DNA of 18,719 bases from positions 1 to 18,719 of the forward strand of contig CAXGWI010000063.1 in the NCBI GenBank assembly GCA_964013405.1. Direction: 5' to 3'. Shown here piece by piece: positions 1 to 6,229 of the stretch (positions are counted from its first letter, which is position 1; the number at the start of each line of letters is the position of its first letter). This DNA is from an uncultured Myxococcales bacterium. Lineage in GTDB: Bacteria > Myxococcota > UBA4151. The position numbers and the translations under genes are program-made. The notes under the pieces are model-generated. The model searched no databases and was not told the origin of the DNA. It worked only from the letters and a program-made list of their open reading frames with translations.

Positions 1-79
1 TCACCCGGCCGTCGTTGTTGTCGCAGTCGGGTCCAGCGGCGCAGCCAGGTCCATAGCCATCCCGGTCGTGATCGATGCA
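1..79. repeat. Direct repeat copy 1 (matches 2320-2398)
   Basis: 76/79 nt identical to 2320-2398. The first 55 nt match perfectly, and the mismatches at 56, 62 and 65 are all synonymous. Confidence 0.95.
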
Positions 80-196
80 CTGATCTCCTCCGCCGGGGTC
101 AACTGGGCCTGTAGGAGCCTCAGGATTGGAACAGGCGCCCAGGCCAAAAAGACAGGCGAGGGCGAGGGCAGATGGGACGGTGAGGGAACGCAACAC
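1..196 (-). CDS. 5' part of a Cys/Asp-rich lipoprotein, paralog of 326-2497; runs off the left edge and is absent from the ORF track
   Basis: Manual translation from GTG at 196 (GGAGG at 209-205, 8-nt spacing): MLRSLTVPSALALACLFGLGAC-SNPEAPTGPVDPGGGDQCIDHDRDGYGPGCAAGPDCDNNDGRV. It has an LGAC lipobox, and CIDHDRDGYGPGCAAGPDCDNNDGRV is identical to the neighbouring gene. An in-frame ATG at 223 is an alternative start. Confidence 0.88.
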   Translation of the reverse strand, partial: MLRSLTVPSALALACLFGLGACSNPEAPTGPVDPGGGDQCIDHDRDGYGPGCAAGPDCDNNDGRV

Positions 197-236
197 GGTG
201 AGGGCCTCCGACAAAAACAGCATTAGGCTTCAACCA

Positions 237-281
237 AGCTTATCAGGCCGCCCCGTAGGGGCGCAATCTCTTGCGTGAAAA
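237..281 (-). promoter_or_regulatory. Putative sigma70-type promoter with shared upstream box for the 1-196 gene
   Basis: Minus strand TTGCGC (266-261)-N18-TAAGCT (242-237), with a TGn extended -10. The box TTTTCACGCAAGAGATTGCG (281-262) matches 2576-2557 at 17/20. Confidence 0.5.
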
Positions 282-325
282 TTTTGGTGATAAGGCTCAC
301 CAACCGGGTTTCGAAGAAGCCGAGT

Positions 326-2497
326 TTATTCCTCGATTTGGCACTGGAAGCGCACATCGTAGCCCCGCAGAACGGGCGTCGCCTCTCGGTCCGTACTGAC
401 GAGAAAGATCTCCAACTGCAGGTAGCGACCTGGTGGTAGTTCACCCAGATCTGCCGGTAGGTCGTTTTGACCATCAGCACTCTGAATCCAGGGGCCGTGT
501 ACCCGCAGGCCGGGATCGCCCAGTTCGGCTAAGTCGTCGGCCACTCGGGCTCGAAACTCGACACGGGTGTCTTCCGGCAGGGTGGCCGTTGCATCGAGGG
601 ATAGCCAGTCCGTATCTAGCTTTTCGCAGCCTTCCACGACGGTCTTGTAGCCACCCCGGGGGGCGGTGAAGTTGCGCAGACCGAAGCCCGTGAAGTCGGA
701 GTAGGTATAGGGGCCGCCACCGACGTTGACCCGTCGGACGTCGTCGGGATTGTTCGGATCGATGCGGGCAGTAAACCCATTGCCGCTCACACCCCAAGCA
801 AAGCCGTTGAAGTCCACGCCCGCACCACTCACGGAGGAGCCACCGATGGGGTAGTTGCCGATGGCCTGCATGTTGTTCACGTTCCAAGCTGAGACGCTGC
901 CATAGTTGTTGGCCACCCAGATTCTGCCTTGGGCGTCGGCCCCCATACCGCGCATGTAGCAAGGTTGGGCGATACAGGGCGTGTTACGCCACTCGCCGCC
1001 GCCGGCGAGGGGGTCCTGAATCGGATTGCCCTGATTGTCCCGATAGGGGTTGTAGCGATTCATGCCGTTGCCTTGAGCGCCCACCCATAGCCGGTTCTCA
1101 CCATCGATCGAGAAACCATAAGAAGAGGCTGGAGGCCCACCATTTGGGCTAAAGACACCACTGGCTCGCCCGGTCCGAGAATCAAAGCCGACGATCGTAC
1201 CGCGGCTCAGCGTGCCACTCCAGACATAGCCATTGGAGTCGACCACTGCCCCGTAAGGGCTGTGGCCCACAGCCACTGGATTCTCGAGCCCCTCCCGCTC
1301 GAGAAGTGCGCCATCGGTACCTTGGAATCCGTAGAACTGTCGGGACTGGTAGAGCCCCACCCACACATTGCCATAGGGACTCGCCGCATCACCGGCGTCG
1401 ATGGCCAGCGCTCGAGCCATCCCATTGTTGCCACCCACGGGCTTCGTGAAGGCAAAGCACTCGTCGTTGTTGCCCGGGAATTCCTGGGGGTTATCCCGAT
1501 CGATGATGTTGTTGTTGTTGATGTCTTGGGAGGTGGTAATTTCACCGTCATCGTTGGCGTCGACACAGTCGGCATTGTAGATCTTCGTGAAGCTGCCCTG
1601 ACGCCCAAAGGCCCGGTTTGCCACGAACATGTCACCGTTCAGATCAATCCCCGTCCGGCTTGGGCTGTTTTGTTGGCCGGGGGTCAGGTTGTGTTGGTTT
1701 GGGCCCACGGTGTGGAAGCGGCCGACCTCCCGTAACTCGCTTGTATCGACTTTCGATACGGTGCCTTCGCCCGCATTCGCGACCCAGAGATACTCGAAGC
1801 GGACCTGTTCCCGATTGAGGACCAGATTGCCGTCTTCATCGAGACCCACGCCGCTGCCGTTGCCTTCGTTGGGCTCCTCGAAGGGCTCGCCATTTTCCGG
1901 GCCTGCGCCACCGGCGTAGCAGTGGGGGTTGCAGTTGCCGCAGGCCGACTGGACGCCCTCATCCACTCGCCCGTCGCAGTTGTCGTCCATCTCGTTGCAG
2001 CGCTCATTGGCCTGGGGCAGTTGTTGGCCTTCGCAACGACCCCAGACGCCCCGACCGCCGATGTCTAGGCAGCTCATGGAGCCCGAAGTGCAGATGCCCA
2101 CGTTCAAGGCTTCTGGGGGCCCATCCCAGCAGGAGACCGGCGGTGCGTCTAGGTTGCAGGGGCAGTTGGTGGCGATCTCGCCGGGGTTGCAGTTTTGTAC
2201 GCTGCCACAGTCGTCATGCTTGGCCGGATCTGCGTCGTCGCAATCGGGGCCAGCGTCGCAGTTTTCACCAAAGCCATCGCCATCGCCATCGACGCATTCG
2301 CTGCCAGAGCAGTCGCTGTTCACCCGGCCGTCGTTGTTGTCGCAGTCGGGTCCAGCGGCGCAGCCAGGTCCATAACCATCTCGATCGTGATCGATGCATT
2401 CTCCATCCGGCGGCAGATCACCGGGGCCCGGCGCAGGCTCAGAGCCGGGACAAGCGATCATAAAGAGGGCAGAGACGAGGAGGGCGTGGCGGGACAT
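326..2497 (-). CDS. Large lipoprotein (~723 aa) with Asp/Cys-rich putative metal-binding repeats, a predicted Vgb/NHL-like beta-propeller and a C-terminal beta-rich domain
   Basis: Start moved from 2611 to ATG 2497, giving MSRHALLVSALFMIAC (lipobox); the longer start runs through the atp terminator. Repeats CxDxDxDGxGxxCxxGPDCD occur twice, plus a MopE-like ERCNEMDDNCDGRVDEG. Repeated blade motifs include DxxGxVWV, LWVANAGEGTVSKVDT and YTYSDFTG. Confidence 0.85.
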   Translation of the reverse strand: MSRHALLVSALFMIACPGSEPAPGPGDLPPDGECIDHDRDGYGPGCAAGPDCDNNDGRVNSDCSGSECVDGDGDGFGENCDAGPDCDDADPAKHDDCGSVQNCNPGEIATNCPCNLDAPPVSCWDGPPEALNVGICTSGSMSCLDIGGRGVWGRCEGQQLPQANERCNEMDDNCDGRVDEGVQSACGNCNPHCYAGGAGPENGEPFEEPNEGNGSGVGLDEDGNLVLNREQVRFEYLWVANAGEGTVSKVDTSELREVGRFHTVGPNQHNLTPGQQNSPSRTGIDLNGDMFVANRAFGRQGSFTKIYNADCVDANDDGEITTSQDINNNNIIDRDNPQEFPGNNDECFAFTKPVGGNNGMARALAIDAGDAASPYGNVWVGLYQSRQFYGFQGTDGALLEREGLENPVAVGHSPYGAVVDSNGYVWSGTLSRGTIVGFDSRTGRASGVFSPNGGPPASSYGFSIDGENRLWVGAQGNGMNRYNPYRDNQGNPIQDPLAGGGEWRNTPCIAQPCYMRGMGADAQGRIWVANNYGSVSAWNVNNMQAIGNYPIGGSSVSGAGVDFNGFAWGVSGNGFTARIDPNNPDDVRRVNVGGGPYTYSDFTGFGLRNFTAPRGGYKTVVEGCEKLDTDWLSLDATATLPEDTRVEFRARVADDLAELGDPGLRVHGPWIQSADGQNDLPADLGELPPGRYLQLEIFLVSTDREATPVLRGYDVRFQCQIEE
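2320..2398. repeat. Direct repeat copy 2 (matches 1-79)
   Basis: Encodes CIDHDRDGYGPGCAAGPDCDNNDGRV; 76/79 nt identical to 1-79. Confidence 0.95.
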
Positions 2498-2531
2498 CGA
2501 GAACCCTTTTCTGGGGGCATTGCGTGCACAA

Positions 2532-2576
2532 AGTATAGTCGAGACTTCCCCAGGCCCGCAATCTCGCGCGAGAAAA
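2532..2576 (-). promoter_or_regulatory. Putative sigma70-type promoter with shared upstream box for the 326-2497 gene
   Basis: Minus strand TTGCGG (2561-2556)-N18-TATACT (2537-2532). Box TTTTCTCGCGCGAGATTGCG (2576-2557) has the same geometry as 281-237. Confidence 0.55.
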
Positions 2577-2603
2577 AAGAAAAAGGAGAGGCTTAACCTC
2601 TCC
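2573..2603 (-). terminator. Rho-independent terminator of the atpZIBE cluster
   Basis: Minus strand GGAGAGG-TTAAG-CCTCTCC followed by TTTTTCTTTTTT, about 60 nt after the atpE stop. Confidence 0.85.
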
Positions 2604-2666
2604 CCTTTCACGCCGCATAACGCTGCGGCAGCGATGATGACAGTAGCCCGAAGGCTAATCCTGAAA

Positions 2667-2969
2667 TCAGATCTTGCCCATGAGGGTGAAGGCCACGACC
2701 AAGCAGTAAATGACCAGCGACTCGATCAGCGCCAAACCCAGGATGAAGGGCACGAAGATGTTGGCGTTGGGGTTGCGACCCATCGACTCGTAGGCACGGC
2801 CTGCGGCGTTGCCCTGACCAATGGCGCCACCGAAGGCACCCAGGCCCATGGCCAAACCCGCGCCGATGGCAACCCAGCCGGCGGGATCGCCTTTAATGCT
2901 GGCTTCTGCAGCGAAAGCAACGCTGCTCATGAGTAGTGCGGTGGCAAAGAAAGCAAACTTCTGAAACAT
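2667..2969 (-). CDS. atpE: ATP synthase Fo subunit c with an N-terminal signal-peptide-like leader
   Basis: Gly-rich inner helix (GAGLAMGLGAFGGAIGQG), RNP loop and carboxylate motif LIESLVIY; lies next to atpB. Confidence 0.97.
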   Translation of the reverse strand: MFQKFAFFATALLMSSVAFAAEASIKGDPAGWVAIGAGLAMGLGAFGGAIGQGNAAGRAYESMGRNPNANIFVPFILGLALIESLVIYCLVVAFTLMGKI

Positions 2970-3061
2970 GATCGATCCTTTCCGGAATCGTTAAAGGGTC
3001 GTCGGGGCACCAATCTCTCTCTCTACACCGGTCCGACGAGGATGATAATGAATGAGGGCGA

Positions 3062-3847
3062 CTAGTGAGCCTCCGCCTCGTCCCCGTGATCGTCATGGGC
3101 CACAGCGAGGCTGATGTAGACGCAGGATAGGACGCAAAAGACAAAGGCTTGAATCACACAGACGAGCGTTCCCATGAGCAGGAAGGGCATGGGAAGGAAC
3201 AAGGGCAACATGCCGGAGAAGATCACGAGCACGGCGTGGTCACCCACCATATTCCCCCGCAGCCGGAGGGCCAAAGAGAGCGGCCGGGCCAGGTGGCTGA
3301 CCAGCTCGATGGGGAACAGAAGGGGGGCGAGGATCCAGCCCCATGCCGCACCCACTGGGTTGGCCATGTGGGTGATGTGATGCATCCCGTTCTTACGCAG
3401 GCCGTGGAAGTTGTAATAAAGGAAGACGATCACACCGCAGACCATGGTCGTATCGAGATTGTCTGTGGGGGGAACAAAGCCTGGAATCAGGCCAATCAGA
3501 TTGGAAAAGAGAATGAACAGACCGAGTGTGGCGATCAAGGGGAAGTAACGCTTCCATTCATCGCCACCAATGATGTCCCGGCACAGGCCGGCAGCGACGC
3601 CTAGAAGCGTGTCGAAGACCGCACTGAGGCCGAAACGACTCGCTGGCACGGGGCCATTTTTGTAGGTGCGCCGAGTGGCGAAAGCGCCCAAAGCCAGGAA
3701 GAGGATCACGAAGATCGCACCGTAGATGTGCTGGGCGACCATGTCGGGATAATCGTGGCTTCCCCAGGTCGTGCTGTTCAAGAAGTAGTCGTTTAAACGG
3801 TCGTAGCCGGGGATGTATGTGAACCAAGATTCTTTGTGGGAGTCCAA
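3062..3847 (-). CDS. atpB: ATP synthase Fo subunit a
   Basis: FILFSNLIGLIPG, PPTDN, ELVSHLARPLSLALRLxGNM and IQAFVF..LSCVY motifs. TTG start preceded by GGAGG; His/acidic C-terminal tail. Confidence 0.97.
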   Translation of the reverse strand: MDSHKESWFTYIPGYDRLNDYFLNSTTWGSHDYPDMVAQHIYGAIFVILFLALGAFATRRTYKNGPVPASRFGLSAVFDTLLGVAAGLCRDIIGGDEWKRYFPLIATLGLFILFSNLIGLIPGFVPPTDNLDTTMVCGVIVFLYYNFHGLRKNGMHHITHMANPVGAAWGWILAPLLFPIELVSHLARPLSLALRLRGNMVGDHAVLVIFSGMLPLFLPMPFLLMGTLVCVIQAFVFCVLSCVYISLAVAHDDHGDEAEAH

Positions 3848-3856
3848 GACTGCCTC

Positions 3857-4258
3857 CTAGGACGAACCGTGTCGGCGTTGCTGCCAGATGCCGATGCATG
3901 CCACTGCGAGGATCGCAGGGAGCATTCCGGCGTAAGCGGTCGCAACACCCACACCCAGTGCGGGGCGCAGATACATGAGGAGCCCCAGGGTCGCAAGGAC
4001 CGTAATGAACTTGAGGGTAAGCTTGGCTCTCAGGCGCCTAATGGCCCCCTGATCTGCCTCGGGGGAATCCTGCAGAAACCGCAAGACGGGATAGAGGCTT
4101 AGGAGATTGATGCCCCCAGCAAGCCAGAGGCCGGCCAGGTGGTCAGACCTCCCCAAGAGTAGGAGGGTGAGGCTTGCCAGGATGAGCCACGCAAAATGCC
4201 CCCAGATGAAGGTGCGCATGGCTAGCAATGGGGCTGGATCTGCGGGCCTTTCAGTCAC
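3857..4258 (-). CDS. atpI: ATP synthase protein I-like membrane protein (about 4 TM helices)
   Basis: Four hydrophobic segments, GGINL and KF motifs, and position between atpZ and atpB. The assignment rests mainly on synteny. Confidence 0.7.
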   Translation of the reverse strand: MTERPADPAPLLAMRTFIWGHFAWLILASLTLLLLGRSDHLAGLWLAGGINLLSLYPVLRFLQDSPEADQGAIRRLRAKLTLKFITVLATLGLLMYLRPALGVGVATAYAGMLPAILAVACIGIWQQRRHGSS

Positions 4259-4514
4259 CGCCTTCCTCCCCTTGGGCTTCGCGCTGGCGCGCTAACTCTC
4301 GTTGATAGTCGCGGCTGACACGAATGAGCGCTTTCACCGCTGCACCAATACCAGCGAAGATTCCCACATTTTGGCCATAGGGAGCACAGTCGAATTTACT
4401 GTCGATGTACTGACCGAGGAGGAGGCCGATCAGGACCGCAAGTCCCATCTCGATGCCGACCGCACCGTACTTGCCCAACTGTCGCATCTGTTCTTTATCG
4501 CCAGTGCCAAGCAT
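4251..4514 (-). CDS. atpZ: AtpZ/AtpI-family small membrane protein (atp 'gene 1')
   Basis: GIEMGLAVLIGLLLGQYIDSKFDCAPYG fits the family GxxxDxxxxxxP signature. Start moved to ATG 4514, which has GAGGA upstream. Confidence 0.85.
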   Translation of the reverse strand: MLGTGDKEQMRQLGKYGAVGIEMGLAVLIGLLLGQYIDSKFDCAPYGQNVGIFAGIGAAVKALIRVSRDYQRELARQREAQGEEGGD

Positions 4515-4588
4515 GGTCAGAATCCTCGCCATAACCAGGGGGCTCTGGCATACTTGGGACGGGCCATGAGGCAAGGGAAAACCCACGC

Positions 4589-6229
4589 GTGAAAATTCGG
4601 GTCATCGCCGGTTTCGTGTTTCTTTTTGTCGTGCTTTCGCAGACGGCCTGTGCACCGGAATGCGAAAACCACGGGCAATGCCCTCTGGGGAGCTTGTGTT
4701 CCTCGGGGCAATGTGTCGGTGAGGATCGACCCTGCGCCATGCACCAGGATTGTCGAGACGGTGAGGCCTGCCGCGGCGGCGTTTGTGTGGCCGATGACAT
4801 TCAGTGCACGACCCACACCGAATGCCCCCATCAGCGAGTGTGTCGCAGTAACATCTGTCAAGTCCCTGCCGTTGGCGACCCCTGTGCCAGTCATCCCGAT
4901 TGTGGCGTTTCGCTCTATTGTCGCGTCGCGTCCGGGCAATGCGCAGCCCTCGAAGCAGGTCGTTGTTGGAGCGACGACAGTTGTGCCGCCGGCGTGCGTT
5001 GCGAAAACATCGATCCGGTCAGTGGGCTCGGTGATTGTGGCGAAGGCGACGATTGTGGCGGTCAGCGCTGCGGTGGCGAGACACCCCATTGCGCTGGCGA
5101 CCGATGTGTCGAGTGTCTCACGCCTCAGCACTGCTCAGGGAGTGAGGATTGCGAGGACGGTGTTTGCCGGGATGAGGAAAGCGGTTGCGAGACCGATCGG
5201 GACTGTCCCGAGGCGCGCCCCCGCTGCGATGGGCAAAGCGGTCAATGTTACGAGTGCTTTTTGGATGGGGATTGTGAGGCTGGCGAGACCTGCCGTAACA
5301 ATCTTTGTGAGCCGCCTGCGGGTCAGTGTGGTGGCGTCGAGTGCCCGCCGGCCCGCCCGATCTGTGTCGCCGATCGCTGCGAGGAGTGTGAAGTGAATGC
5401 TCACTGCGGTGAGGGGGAGGTTTGCGACCAACTCCGTTGCGTTGATGGGGGTGGACCGGGCGAGCTGGCCTACGGCGAGACCTGTGCGGAACGAGCCGCC
5501 TGTCGCTCCGAGTTCTGTGGTTTTGTCGGTGATCCACCCCAACGCTATTGCACGCAGGCCTGCGGTGCTTCCTTAGACTGCCCCATGGCATCGACGTGCA
5601 TCACACTCGCGCATCACGGCGTCACTTACTGTGTGCCTGGTGATCGGGTTCAGGCTCGTTTCGACCGGCCCCAAAATAGCGCCTGCCAGACCTTTGCAGA
5701 TTGCCGGAGTGGGGTCTGTGCGAACACACCGAATGGGCCTTTCTGCCAACAGGACTGCACCAATGACAGCCATTGTCGAGGCGAGGAAGCATGCATGGGC
5801 ACCCTGTTGGATGAACAGCAGCAACTGGCAGTGCGAGTCTGCGGGGGGCTTGCCGGGACGGTACCCAATGGCAGCGCCTGCGACCCCAACGGCACGAACA
5901 ACTGCCGGGCCGGCCTCTGTGACAACACGACGAACCGCTGCCAGCCGATGTGCTGCAAGAGCAGCGATTGCGAGCCAGGCCTTCGCTGTAATCCGACTCG
6001 TGTCGTAGGCAACCAGATTTGGGGCCTCTGCGGGTCTGCAGACATTCAACTCGGACCCGCCGGCGTTGGGAATGCCTGTGGTGGCGATTCGGACTGTCGC
6101 AGTGGTTGGTGCCTTGCGGGTGTCTGCAGCGATCTTTGTTGTACCGATTCCGATTGTGGTCGAGGCCGCTGCCGACCCTATAATCTTGGCACGGAAGAAG
6201 AGCCCGCCCTGGTGAACGCTTGCCAGTAA
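4589..6229 (+). CDS. Cysteine-rich repeat secreted protein, probable lipoprotein
   Basis: Hydrophobic signal ending QTAC. Manual count gives 79 Cys in 546 aa, with tandem C-x5-C-x5-C-x4-C-type modules followed by longer 8-9-Cys modules. Confidence 0.85.
   Translation: MKIRVIAGFVFLFVVLSQTACAPECENHGQCPLGSLCSSGQCVGEDRPCAMHQDCRDGEACRGGVCVADDIQCTTHTECPHQRVCRSNICQVPAVGDPCASHPDCGVSLYCRVASGQCAALEAGRCWSDDSCAAGVRCENIDPVSGLGDCGEGDDCGGQRCGGETPHCAGDRCVECLTPQHCSGSEDCEDGVCRDEESGCETDRDCPEARPRCDGQSGQCYECFLDGDCEAGETCRNNLCEPPAGQCGGVECPPARPICVADRCEECEVNAHCGEGEVCDQLRCVDGGGPGELAYGETCAERAACRSEFCGFVGDPPQRYCTQACGASLDCPMASTCITLAHHGVTYCVPGDRVQARFDRPQNSACQTFADCRSGVCANTPNGPFCQQDCTNDSHCRGEEACMGTLLDEQQQLAVRVCGGLAGTVPNGSACDPNGTNNCRAGLCDNTTNRCQPMCCKSSDCEPGLRCNPTRVVGNQIWGLCGSADIQLGPAGVGNACGGDSDCRSGWCLAGVCSDLCCTDSDCGRGRCRPYNLGTEEEPALVNACQ

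Noticed and set aside
2498..2611. 38-aa N-terminal extension of the 761-aa ORF (MKGERLSLSFFFF...)
   Set aside because: It translates the atp terminator and the promoter region. The lipoprotein signal begins at ATG 2497.
2667..4514. ATP synthase cluster lacking atpF/H/A/G/D/C, considered as a novel Fo-only system or N-ATPase
   Set aside because: Split atp operons with a separate atpZIBE cluster are normal in deltaproteobacterial lineages. The gene order and the ESL motif do not match N-ATPase operons.
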